Shown: piece by piece, positions 18,288 through 27,288 of the stretch
Layout of the letters: each line of letters opens with the position of its first letter
Position numbering within the stretch: the first letter of the stretch is position 1
Made by a program: the position numbers and the translations under genes
Notes under the pieces: model-generated
Database searches by the model: none
Told to the model about the DNA's origin: nothing
Seen by the model: only the letters and a program-made list of their open reading frames with translations
Assembly (NCBI GenBank): GCA_038064195.1
Contig: JBBTTO010000003.1
Span: forward strand, 244,428 to 292,591
Reading direction: 5' to 3'
DNA: 48,164 nucleotides
Origin: Patescibacteria group bacterium
GTDB taxonomy: Bacteria; Patescibacteriota; Microgenomatia; Levybacterales; UBA12049

Positions 18288-19097
18288 ATGCTTGGTGAAT
18301 CATTAAAGGAGACAGTTCAGCAAGGACCAGAAACGACATCTGTTATATACACTGAAAACATTAGGCCTACGGATACTGTTGTCAGTGTCGGACCGTCTGC
18401 CTCTATTTTAAAGGATGCAACGCTACTACTGGCCTCGAGTCTGCTATCAAGTGAAGGGCGACTATATATTGCAGATCCTTTATCTCCCCAAAATACCCAG
18501 ACATATGCCGAGTTGCAAGCAAGGATTGGAGGAGTGGTAACTGGCATTGGGAACGTTGAGAGGATTCTTGCAGAGATTGCAGAGCTTCAGCGATTAGGAA
18601 TGAATTTACAGACACCAGAATGGTTAGGCGAGACAAGTGCTGCCCAGAATATCCCTCTCCCAGATCAGTCAGTTGACGTAGTTTCGGACCACAATACTTC
18701 TGTTTTTTTAGCTGCAAGAGCAAGTATGGATCCAGCTTTAAGAGAACGTGCTTTAAGAGAGATCTATACAGAGTACGATAGGGTATTAAAACCAGGAGGG
18801 AGGTTACTTATTCAGACCAACAAACAATTACTTCAACAGACTAGAAATTTTAAAACTGACATTGTAAAAAAGATATTACAGGAGGTGGGTATTCGAGTAG
18901 CCGAGAAAAGACTAGAGGAGATGATAGAGGTTCCCATAGAAGCTCAGACGGCAGAGCAATTGAGAAGAGTTGAAGATGATAATAATAGTACTGTAAGATT
19001 TATCGGAAGAAAAGTGATCCAAGGTCTTGGTACTCCAAGATTGCTATTTGACCAACCTGATCATTGGAGTCCTGATTTATATTTAGGAGTCAAATAA
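18288..19097 (+). CDS. Class I SAM-dependent methyltransferase-like protein
   Basis: VVSVGP (motif I-like), IPLPDQSVDVV and EYDRVLKPGGRLLI. Confidence 0.7.
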   Translation: MLGESLKETVQQGPETTSVIYTENIRPTDTVVSVGPSASILKDATLLLASSLLSSEGRLYIADPLSPQNTQTYAELQARIGGVVTGIGNVERILAEIAELQRLGMNLQTPEWLGETSAAQNIPLPDQSVDVVSDHNTSVFLAARASMDPALRERALREIYTEYDRVLKPGGRLLIQTNKQLLQQTRNFKTDIVKKILQEVGIRVAEKRLEEMIEVPIEAQTAEQLRRVEDDNNSTVRFIGRKVIQGLGTPRLLFDQPDHWSPDLYLGVK

Positions 19098-19106
19098 TCC
19101 TGAGCT

Positions 19107-19126
19107 GTGCCGGGAGAGGGACTCGA
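19107..19126 (-). pseudogene. Isolated tRNA 3'-end fragment (Leu-like T-arm and acceptor strand)
   Basis: Minus strand reads TCGAGTCCCTCTCCCGGCAC; no matching 5' half nearby. Confidence 0.55.
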
Positions 19127-19188
19127 GTTCCGCGCTTGTCAAGCAAGCGAGCTCGGCCTTTCAGGCCTCCGCTCCACATGACCAAAGG

Positions 19189-19272
19189 TGGGCAAGGAGG
19201 GACTCGAACCCTCATAGTCATTATAACCAATAGTTTTTGAGACTATCGCGTATACCATTCCGCCACTTGCCC
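19189..19272 (-). tRNA. tRNA-Leu(CAA)
   Basis: Acceptor GGGCAAG/CTTGCCC, D-arm GCGGAATGGTATACGC, anticodon stem ATAGT-CTCAAAA-ACTAT, long variable arm, T-arm GAGGGTTCGAGTCCCTC, discriminator A; followed by CCT, so CCA is not fully encoded. Confidence 0.93.
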
Positions 19273-19353
19273 TGAATACTCCGGCTTGTCAATCCAGGCT
19301 AAAAAGCCGCATTGAGCTTGAAAATAGCTACTGTGTATTATATACTTGAAAGC

Positions 19354-20319
19354 ATGACTATTCAAGAAATCTACGAACTTGCCATAGATATGGGCATCAA
19401 GGCTGATCCCCGTGGTGCTGAGAAAGTAAAAAAATACCTCAAAAAGAAAAAGAAAGAGTTTGAAGAACTCAGTGATAAAAAAAAGCGCTACTTTGACAGT
19501 GAATCTCTAACCAATCCATATTCAGATTCCCGTATCCTCTTTGGCGATCCGAAAAAACAGGTTAAAAAAGTCTTAGCCGGGATTGATGCAGAGACTGCCG
19601 AGGTGCTCATGGTTGACAGGCTTAATGAGAAGGGTGCGGCGATTGATCTTCTTATCTCACATCATCCGGACGGTCATGCCTTGGCAAGTCTGCATGAAGT
19701 CATGGATATTCAGATTGATATGTATGAGGATATGGGTGTTCCCGCTAACGTCGCTGATGCGCTTTTTCAGGAGCGTAAGGGCGAAGTACAGCGACGGTTT
19801 AATCCGCTCAATCATGCACGTACTGTTGATGCAGCCAGGTTGATGGGAGTTCCGCTTATTGCTCTGCATACTATCTGGGATAACATGGGGAATGCATTTA
19901 TGCAGGAACAATTTACTAATAAGACTTTTGATACTGCGGGAGAAGTCCTTGAATTTATCCAGGAGATTCCTGAGTTCCTAGAAGCCGTTAAAGGTAAATC
20001 GGGCCCGGCAATAGTCTCAGGAAGTGCTACGACTCGGGCTGGGAAAGTAGTGATCGGTTTTACCGGCGGTACCAATCCGTCAGTAAAATTGTATGAACAG
20101 CTCGCTAAAGCAGGTGTCGGAACACTCGTTGAAATGCATGTCGGCGAGGATGCTGTTAAAAAGCTCCGTGAACTCCATATTAATGTCATTGACGCGGGGC
20201 ATATGGCTGCTGATTCTATAGGAGCCAACTTATTTCTTGATGCACTTGAGGCGCGTGGTGTTGAAGCAGTCGCTTGTTCAGGCCTCGTTCGCATCAAAAG
20301 AAAGGGGACTAAAAAATGA
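19354..20319 (+). CDS. NIF3-like (NGG1p interacting factor 3) dinuclear metal protein
   Basis: DPRG, NPYSDSRI, LAGID, ISHHP, HTIWDN and GHMAADSIG motifs; start moved to ATG 19354. Confidence 0.8.
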   Translation: MTIQEIYELAIDMGIKADPRGAEKVKKYLKKKKKEFEELSDKKKRYFDSESLTNPYSDSRILFGDPKKQVKKVLAGIDAETAEVLMVDRLNEKGAAIDLLISHHPDGHALASLHEVMDIQIDMYEDMGVPANVADALFQERKGEVQRRFNPLNHARTVDAARLMGVPLIALHTIWDNMGNAFMQEQFTNKTFDTAGEVLEFIQEIPEFLEAVKGKSGPAIVSGSATTRAGKVVIGFTGGTNPSVKLYEQLAKAGVGTLVEMHVGEDAVKKLRELHINVIDAGHMAADSIGANLFLDALEARGVEAVACSGLVRIKRKGTKK

Positions 20320-20870
20320 TTTCAGTTACTGATCTTCGCGCCGGAACTACCTATGAAGAGGATGGCAATTTACTTATGGTTGTCTCCTACGAACATATAA
20401 AAATGGGGCGGGGAAGTGCCAACATCAAGGTAAAGGTTAAAAATCTCAAAAGTGGAGGGACACTTGAAAAAAGTTATATAAATGGCGCTAAAGTAAGTGA
20501 TGTTCAGGTAATGAAAAAAGATCTGCAATATCTCTATAAAGATGATCAATTTGCGTACTTTATGAACCCCTCGACTTACGATCAGATCCAGATTGATTTG
20601 TTCAAAATCCCGGACCACCCTTACCTGAAAGAAGGGGAGACTTTCAATGTCAGCTTTTTAGGTGATGACGCTCTGACGGTTACCATTCCATCTAAAATGG
20701 TTTTTAAAATCGTCGACACCGCGCCAGGAATTAAGGGAAATTCCGCCACAAATGTTTTTAAAGATGCTACACTGGAAAATGGGATAAAGACCAAAGTCCC
20801 CCTCTTTATCAATATCGGAGAGTCGATCCGAGTTGATACCCGAACCGGTGCCTACTCGGAAAAAGCATAA
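20316..20870 (+). CDS. efp: Elongation factor P (tip loop MGRG)
   Basis: DLRAG, HIKMGRGSA, QYLYKD and VPLFI...VDTRTGAY. Confidence 0.95.
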   Translation: MISVTDLRAGTTYEEDGNLLMVVSYEHIKMGRGSANIKVKVKNLKSGGTLEKSYINGAKVSDVQVMKKDLQYLYKDDQFAYFMNPSTYDQIQIDLFKIPDHPYLKEGETFNVSFLGDDALTVTIPSKMVFKIVDTAPGIKGNSATNVFKDATLENGIKTKVPLFINIGESIRVDTRTGAYSEKA

Positions 20871-22141
20871 TGAAAAACCATTTTTTTGTGGCTTTCAGTG
20901 AAAGATCTTTTTTTTTGTTGTGGTTATCTGAAATTTTTACCATTCTTGCTTTTAACCTCTTTAATTTTTTTCTTATTCTTCATGTCTATGCTCTCACCAA
21001 ATCCAATACCGCGGTATCTCTCGTCGTAATTTCTTTTACATTACCTGCCATTCTCTTTGGGGTTTTGGCGGGGGTTTACGTTGATAAATGGAACAAAAAG
21101 CAGGTTCTTTTTTTTGTTAATATCCTTAGAGGAATTATCCTTATTCTTTTAGCCATTTTCCACGGTAATTTAATTCTCGTTTATTTAAGTGCATTTCTGG
21201 TATCATTTGTGACGCAGTTCTTCGTACCGGCCGAGTCACCGATTATTCCGCTGATTGTCAAAAAAGACCACCTTTATTCGGCCAATGCGCTCTTTGGTTT
21301 TGGCTTATATGCGTCAATTCTCCTTGCTTACTTACTTTCAGGGCCTGTTATTTTGTTATTCGGAGAAGTAAATACGCTTATACTTTTGGCGGTGCTTTTT
21401 TTCATCAGCTCCTTTTTTATATCGGGTATCCGGCTTTCTCCAAAAATCATCTACACCGACAAGGGTATTCTGCACATCGCCAAAACAGAGCTCTTAGCTG
21501 AAATCAGATCAGCGGTACGTATCATGCGCAACTCGCGTGATATTTACAACTCTCTTTTTCTTTTAGCTCTCTCGCAAATTCTCTTACTTGTTTTAGCAGT
21601 TATTGCTCCGGGATATGCTACGCAGATTTTGAATATCAGTATCCAAAAATTCCCGCTTTTCTTTATCGCGCCGGCTGCGCTCGGAGTGCTGGTCGGAGCT
21701 ATTATTTTAGTAACACTTTTGCACAACATTTCCAAAGAAAAATTAGCCACGCTCGGGCTTTTTATGTCAGGGATTGCCATGCTTATTTTGCCTTTCGGAT
21801 CGCGCATCGCGGCCCGTGAGATTGTTAAGGATCTCAATATGTATTTGCCGCATTTTTTTGATATAACACCGCTTCATCTTGTTGTTGTTATTGCCTTTGT
21901 ATTGGGACTTGCCAACGCGTTTGTCTTTGTTCCTTCAAATACCATGTTACTTGAGAAAACCTCTGATGAATTTCGCGGAAAGATCTATGGGGTTCTTAAT
22001 GCACTGGTCGGTATTTTTTCCCTCGTCCCGATTATATTAGCCGGGGGGTTATCCGACTTTTTTGGTGTTGATAAAGTTATCATTGCTATTGGTATTTTAT
22101 TATTGGGACTGGGGTTTTCTCGAGTATTTTTTGATTTCTGA
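20870..22141 (+). CDS. MFS transporter (H+ antiporter-3/MefA-like)
   Basis: 12 TM helices; AGVYVDKWNKK motif A; FFVPA...IP; FRGKIYG. Confidence 0.88.
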   Translation: MKNHFFVAFSERSFFLLWLSEIFTILAFNLFNFFLILHVYALTKSNTAVSLVVISFTLPAILFGVLAGVYVDKWNKKQVLFFVNILRGIILILLAIFHGNLILVYLSAFLVSFVTQFFVPAESPIIPLIVKKDHLYSANALFGFGLYASILLAYLLSGPVILLFGEVNTLILLAVLFFISSFFISGIRLSPKIIYTDKGILHIAKTELLAEIRSAVRIMRNSRDIYNSLFLLALSQILLLVLAVIAPGYATQILNISIQKFPLFFIAPAALGVLVGAIILVTLLHNISKEKLATLGLFMSGIAMLILPFGSRIAAREIVKDLNMYLPHFFDITPLHLVVVIAFVLGLANAFVFVPSNTMLLEKTSDEFRGKIYGVLNALVGIFSLVPIILAGGLSDFFGVDKVIIAIGILLLGLGFSRVFFDF

Positions 22142-22827
22142 TGCAAATACTTATTATTGTTCTTATTGTTTGTCTTTTAGTCTTTCTTTTTAGCCTGCAT
22201 ATATTAGCGAAGGAGGACCTTATATTTGTGCGAAAAAATGTGACGCTTGAAGTTCTTTTTAATGTCGCATTTTATACAATGGGAGTAGGCTTACTTTCAG
22301 CCCGGATAGTCTATATTGTTTTACATTTCAGCTTTGGTTTTCTTAACCCACTGGTTTTTTTCCTTTTTCCGTATTTTCCGGGGTTGTCACTAACGGGTGG
22401 AGTAGTGGGAGGGGCAGTGTTTGTTCTCCTTTATAAAAGAAAACGATTTCCGACCGGTCGTATTTTTGATTTTTTCACTATGGCTCTCTTGGCATCATTG
22501 CCATTCGGGTTTTTGGGGTATGAGATTCTCAACTCCATGAGTGATTTATTTACCGGCGTATTGTTGCCGATTATCTTTTTTATCATGCTGATTTTTTTCG
22601 TCAAAGTTCTCCTTCCTCTTAATATCCGCGGTGAGGTTAAAGACGGGACGCTCGGCTATCTTTTTTTCGTTATTTTCTCCTTCACGACATTACTCGCGAA
22701 ATTTGTCAGAGATAAAAATGGTTTTTCGGTTCTCACTCAGGTTGATGCTGTTTTGCTTATTCTTCTTTTCTGCGGTGGGCTGGTTTTGCTTTTCCTCCAG
22801 GAACGTGATTTGTTGCCTTTTAAATAA
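22141..22827 (+). CDS. Lgt-like (prolipoprotein diacylglyceryl transferase family) membrane protein, degenerate
   Basis: GLLSARIVYI, PGLSLTGGVVGG and FD motifs; catalytic R-x-G-N-F-x-N-x-E not seen. Confidence 0.6.
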   Translation: MQILIIVLIVCLLVFLFSLHILAKEDLIFVRKNVTLEVLFNVAFYTMGVGLLSARIVYIVLHFSFGFLNPLVFFLFPYFPGLSLTGGVVGGAVFVLLYKRKRFPTGRIFDFFTMALLASLPFGFLGYEILNSMSDLFTGVLLPIIFFIMLIFFVKVLLPLNIRGEVKDGTLGYLFFVIFSFTTLLAKFVRDKNGFSVLTQVDAVLLILLFCGGLVLLFLQERDLLPFK

Positions 22828-22830
22828 ATT

Positions 22831-23610
22831 ATGAGTACAGTTCCTTTATCGATTGTCTTTGAAGACGATTCGCTCCTGGTTATTAACAAACCTTCGGGCA
22901 TTACCGTTAACAAATCAGAGACAACGGTAGGTGAGGTCACTCTCCAAGACCAGGTCGCTGATTATCTCCACCTGACACCGGTTGTATCGTCGTCAACTAA
23001 TGAAAAAGATGATGAAGATAATGATACTTTCGTGTCCGCATTTAGAGACAGAGCAGGGATCGCGCACAGACTTGATAAAGAAACCTCAGGTATTATCCTG
23101 GTTGCCAAGACTGAAGCTGCTTTTATACGCTTGCTTGAAGAGTTTAAGGAGAGGATAGTCAGTAAGACATATCTCACGCTCGTACATGGGAGACTGGCGC
23201 CACCTGAAGGAGAGATCAATGTTCCGGTCGGCAGGCTTCCCTGGAACAGGCGACAGTTCGGTATCGTCGCAGGGGGGAGAGAATCGCTGACCAGATATCA
23301 GGTCAAGGGATATTTCCGCATGGATGATAAACGGAAAGAACAACTGAGCTTTGTTGAGGTTCGTCCGTTAACAGGCAGGACACATCAGATCAGGGTGCAT
23401 ATGCAGTATTTGGGACATCCGATTTTTTCAGACTTTCTCTATGCCGGTCGCAAAACGCAGCGGGATGATCGTAAATTGCTCAAACGTGTTTTTCTCCATG
23501 CCGCGTCTATCTCCTTTTTACACCCAGTTGGTAATGAGAAGATTAGCTTTGAAGCGCCGCTTCCTGTCGAGTTAGCAGCTGTATTTGATCATCTTGTCCC
23601 CATGGTGTAA
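22831..23610 (+). CDS. RluA-family pseudouridine synthase
   Basis: INKPSG, HRLDKETSG, TGRTHQIRVH and FLHA motifs. Confidence 0.93.
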   Translation: MSTVPLSIVFEDDSLLVINKPSGITVNKSETTVGEVTLQDQVADYLHLTPVVSSSTNEKDDEDNDTFVSAFRDRAGIAHRLDKETSGIILVAKTEAAFIRLLEEFKERIVSKTYLTLVHGRLAPPEGEINVPVGRLPWNRRQFGIVAGGRESLTRYQVKGYFRMDDKRKEQLSFVEVRPLTGRTHQIRVHMQYLGHPIFSDFLYAGRKTQRDDRKLLKRVFLHAASISFLHPVGNEKISFEAPLPVELAAVFDHLVPMV

Positions 23611-23657
23611 ACTTAGAGCAGAAGTTTAGAATAATTAAGGAAGGTGAGGTGATATTT

Positions 23658-23804
23658 ATGGCAAAAGGAGGATTTTTCAAAGGTGAAAAGAAAAAAGCAA
23701 AAAAAGATAAAGACAGGTCAATTTCAGGTGTGAATCAAAGTTCAGCTCCGGTATATTCTGTGCCTGAAGTTATCTCAAAAAAGAAAAAAAACAACGAGTG
23801 GTAG
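23658..23804 (+). CDS. Small basic protein, 48 aa (absent from the ORF track)
   Basis: SD GAGGTGA; translates as MAKGGFFKGEKKKAKKDKDRSISGVNQSSAPVYSVPEVISKKKKNNEW. Confidence 0.65.
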   Translation: MAKGGFFKGEKKKAKKDKDRSISGVNQSSAPVYSVPEVISKKKKNNEW

Positions 23805-23818
23805 ACGCTCTCCTGCCC

Positions 23819-24625
23819 ATGCGAGTCAAACAATCAGGAACAAAGTCACGTGGTAGCTTGAAGGTTCTGGGGATTTTCTGCGGGATAGTCCTTGTCGCTA
23901 TCATTGCGTCATTATTCTATCGCCTGATAGGCCTTATGGAGACGAGTAAATACGATTCGTCCCATACGTTTTTGTTGGCTTTTGCGTATAAAAGTGATCT
24001 GGATATTTTTGCTCTTCGTCCTCATGGGGAGATGTCGTCTCACCTGATCATACGAGGTGCTCCTTCACTGTCAGTTGCGCGTCAAACAGCAGGTGTCATC
24101 CCCGATACTATTATTACCCTCCCTAAGTCTTTAGGTGACCTTGAGCAGGTCTCACGTGTTCTTTTTGACGGAGCAATTAAGGGCGGGCTTAAGACAGACC
24201 TTACCAGTTATGATCTCATGAGGTTGTCATATACGACCAAAAGATTCCCGCCGCGGTTACTCCAGACTGAAGAACTCCAGGTTCCAAAAGGTGGCGACGA
24301 GTTATCTCCTCCCCAGGACTTCTTCAGTGATCAGGTGATAAGTCAGGAAAATAAATCGATAGCAATTATTAATGGTACAGGTATTCCGGGGCTTGGGACG
24401 AGACTTGAGGAAGCGATTGTGCGGTTGGGGGGAAATGTGATATCTGTCACCAACGCGAGTGAGGATCAGGATCATTCCCAAATTAGCTACACAGGTGAGA
24501 AGAGTTACACGGTTACCCATTTGAGTTTACTCTTTGGTATTTCGCCAACGCTTTCTGCTCAGGCCGGCCTGTCTGATATAATTGTTTTGATCGGGAAGGA
24601 TAAAAGCAGTATCATTCCTTACTAA
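23819..24625 (+). CDS. Membrane-anchored LytR C-terminal domain protein
   Basis: TM helix; IAIINGTGIPGLG...VISVTNA...DIIVLIGKD is the LytR_C signature. Confidence 0.8.
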   Translation: MRVKQSGTKSRGSLKVLGIFCGIVLVAIIASLFYRLIGLMETSKYDSSHTFLLAFAYKSDLDIFALRPHGEMSSHLIIRGAPSLSVARQTAGVIPDTIITLPKSLGDLEQVSRVLFDGAIKGGLKTDLTSYDLMRLSYTTKRFPPRLLQTEELQVPKGGDELSPPQDFFSDQVISQENKSIAIINGTGIPGLGTRLEEAIVRLGGNVISVTNASEDQDHSQISYTGEKSYTVTHLSLLFGISPTLSAQAGLSDIIVLIGKDKSSIIPY

Positions 24626-24626
24626 T

Positions 24627-24800
24627 ATGCAATTTCTTATTGTTTTAGCTATTTTAATTGTTATTTCGGTCGGACTCGCATATCGTTCGCTTCGCCATCT
24701 GATGCTTTTGCGTGAGGTAGGGGATGTCAAAAAAGAATTATTGAAAGGGAAAATTATTTACAAGACCGATTATTCTTCATCAAGGGGTTCCTCATCATAA
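24627..24800 (+). CDS. Small single-TM protein, 57 aa (absent from the ORF track)
   Basis: MQFLIVLAILIVISVGLAYRSLRHL...VKKELLKGKIIYK; starts 1 nt after the upstream stop and overlaps the convergent gene by 31 bp. Confidence 0.55.
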   Translation: MQFLIVLAILIVISVGLAYRSLRHLMLLREVGDVKKELLKGKIIYKTDYSSSRGSSS

Positions 24801-25498
24801 CTCTCATTATCCTCAGTTTCTGATTCTACTTTTTTGTCTGCTTTGTTTGTCCGCTGATTGGTAAGAGCACTGAAAAGCTTTACCCGTTCGGTCGGGAGGA
24901 AAGATGGCTGGTTCTTAAATTTAGCTGTCCGCTTTGTTTCACGGGCAAATATTGTTACCTTGTTGTTATCAACTGATTTGACATATGCCTCATACTGGTT
25001 GCCGCTACTCATAAAACGGATGAGACGTCTGCCGATATCATCAGGTAGCATACCGATAAATTGTTTGTCCTGATCCAGGACAAAAATTTTCATGCGTTTG
25101 ATCACGAGCTGAAGTGTTTCTCCTGATCTCAAAGGTGCTATGACTTTTTTATCAGCGACATTTAACAGATCTATGACTTTTGTTTTCCCGGGTTCTTCAA
25201 TAAAAAGATTACTGACATGTGACGGGACGAACGTCACGGATTTGCCATTACCCACACTCCCACTGAGTCTTTTTAAATTTCTCAAGGCAATAGGATTCTG
25301 GTTATCGAGATTGAGTACTTTTTGATAAAGATTTTTGGCTTCTTTTGTATTGCCTGTGCTGGAATAAGCAAAGGCAAGACGATTGAGCGTGTCAATGTCA
25401 TCGGGATTTTCGTCAAGGAGTGATTGGTTTAAAGCAATGGCGTTGTTCCAGTCGCCCAGGAGTGCGGTTTGTATCGCTTGCGTTTTCAGTTGAGTCAT
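24770..25498 (-). CDS. TPR-containing protein with conserved C-terminal domain (FIEEPGKTK) and acidic tail
   Basis: TPR pattern (AIALN...NPDDIDTLNRLAFAY...YQKVL.LD..NPIA). Confidence 0.8.
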   Translation of the reverse strand: MTQLKTQAIQTALLGDWNNAIALNQSLLDENPDDIDTLNRLAFAYSSTGNTKEAKNLYQKVLNLDNQNPIALRNLKRLSGSVGNGKSVTFVPSHVSNLFIEEPGKTKVIDLLNVADKKVIAPLRSGETLQLVIKRMKIFVLDQDKQFIGMLPDDIGRRLIRFMSSGNQYEAYVKSVDNNKVTIFARETKRTAKFKNQPSFLPTERVKLFSALTNQRTNKADKKVESETEDNESYDEEPLDEE

Positions 25499-25598
25499 TG
25501 GGGGAACTCTCTTAAATAAGAGAAATTATAAGATGAAATTGTACTCAGTTTATTTGCAAAAGTCAATAGCGACAGAGTATAATTATGACTTACAACAG

Positions 25599-25675
25599 CT
25601 GACAACTGACATCTAACAACTAACAAAATGATTATAGTTTTTAGTCAGTAGTCAGTAGTCAGTAGTCAGTAGTCA
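25599..25675. repeat. Inverted heptamer array in the yebC 5' UTR: (CTRACAA)n versus (TAGTCAG)4.9
   Basis: Perfect TAGTCAG tandem at 25642-25675, ending 3 nt before the ATG. Confidence 0.85.
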
Positions 25676-25678
25676 TCT

Positions 25679-26410
25679 ATGAGCGGACATTCAAAATGGT
25701 CAACTATAAAGCGACAAAAAGGCGCCAATGATGCCAAACGAGGCTTGGCTTTTACAAAATTAGCCAATGCTATTACTATGGCTGTTCGTCAGGGTGGGGG
25801 TATAACCGATCCGAACGGTAATTTCAGACTTCGTCTGGCAATTGATGCAGCCCGCGCTATCAATATGCCCAAAGACACCATAGAACGGGCGATTCAGCGG
25901 GGTAACGCTAAAGATGCAAGTTCGATGGTTGATGTAGTCTATGAAGGTTTCGGACCCGGAGGCTTCAGCGTCATGATTGAGGCGATTACCGATAACAAAC
26001 AACGTACCACTCCTGAGATCAAAACCCTTTTTGATAAGAACGGAGGGACGATGGGAGTTCCGGGAAGTGTGAGTTATCAATTCAGCCAGAAAGGGCAGAT
26101 TACCGTCGGTAAAGACGACCTAAGCCTTGATGATATTTTTATGGTTGCGGCCGATGCCGGAGCTGAGGATATCGAAGAGTTGGGGGAGGAAGTCGTTATT
26201 TATACGACTCCTGACAAACTCCATAAAGTTCGTACCGTCCTTGAGGCTGCAGGCATGAAAATACTTACCTCCGAGATTGTAAGTAGTCCTATAGTAAGTA
26301 AGATACTATCCGAGTCTGAAGGCCAAAGAGCTATTGATTTTCTCGAGAAATTAGAAGATCACAACGATGTTCAAAAAGTCTATGCTAATTTTGAAATTGC
26401 ATCAACATAA
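25679..26410 (+). CDS. yebC: YebC/PmpR family protein
   Basis: MSGHSKWSTIKRQKG, YEGFGPGG, TDNKQRT and DVQKVYAN. Confidence 0.96.
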   Translation: MSGHSKWSTIKRQKGANDAKRGLAFTKLANAITMAVRQGGGITDPNGNFRLRLAIDAARAINMPKDTIERAIQRGNAKDASSMVDVVYEGFGPGGFSVMIEAITDNKQRTTPEIKTLFDKNGGTMGVPGSVSYQFSQKGQITVGKDDLSLDDIFMVAADAGAEDIEELGEEVVIYTTPDKLHKVRTVLEAAGMKILTSEIVSSPIVSKILSESEGQRAIDFLEKLEDHNDVQKVYANFEIAST

Positions 26411-26427
26411 GCAGGAAAGAGTACACA

Positions 26428-27288
26428 ATGATTTTTAGACGGAAAGAGAACACAGAGCGTAAGAATTATTCTTCACCGGCAACTCAAACAAAAAGAGGGA
26501 AGAGGGTCATCACATTTTCAGTTGATAAAAGACAGAAGTTCGTTCTGAGCGTCATTGTTTTATCTGTTTGCCTGTTTATCTCAGAGTTCCAATTCGGTAA
26601 ATCGGGAATTATTGTGGCGTCACTTTTAGCACTCGTTACTGAAGGACTTCTGTACTGGTCGATCAAAGACGATCTCAAGGATAACTTCTCGATCAGTATT
26701 TTTATTCTGCCTTTTTTCTATACCTTAGCATTTGTACTGTTTTATTTCCTGATTCCTGCCAGGTTGCTTTTTCGGTTAGTATTGACGACATTATATGCTT
26801 TCGGACTCTACTCATTATTTCTCAGTGAGAATATTTTTACCGTGTCATCCATCCGGACAATTGCTCTGTTGTCGGGTGGGAGAATAGTCTCATTTGTACT
26901 TACGCTTTTGTCATATTTTTTCCTGACCAACATTCTTTTTACGTTTCATCTGAATGTCATTTTTATCATACCCGCAATTCTTTTGTATACATTTTTACTC
27001 GTTTATCAATCGTTATGGACATATAACTTACAAAAAACTGTTCCGATGATGAGGGAGTGGGCGGGAGTGATTACACTGTGCGTAGCTGAGGCTGCAGCCC
27101 TGGTATGGTTCTGGCCGAGCTCACCAACGGTCATAGCGCTATTTTTAACTGGATATCTTTATACACTCGTCGGGTTATCACATGTTTGGTTTGAAAAAAA
27201 GCTTTTTAAAAATGTGTTATGGGAGTATACGTGGGTAGGGGTGACGGTCTTTTTTGTTTTGCTTTTATTTACTGAGTGGGGAAAGTAG
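26428..27288 (+). CDS. Multi-pass membrane hypothetical protein
   Basis: About 9 hydrophobic helices; ENIF...RTIALL segment. Confidence 0.75.
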   Translation: MIFRRKENTERKNYSSPATQTKRGKRVITFSVDKRQKFVLSVIVLSVCLFISEFQFGKSGIIVASLLALVTEGLLYWSIKDDLKDNFSISIFILPFFYTLAFVLFYFLIPARLLFRLVLTTLYAFGLYSLFLSENIFTVSSIRTIALLSGGRIVSFVLTLLSYFFLTNILFTFHLNVIFIIPAILLYTFLLVYQSLWTYNLQKTVPMMREWAGVITLCVAEAAALVWFWPSSPTVIALFLTGYLYTLVGLSHVWFEKKLFKNVLWEYTWVGVTVFFVLLLFTEWGK

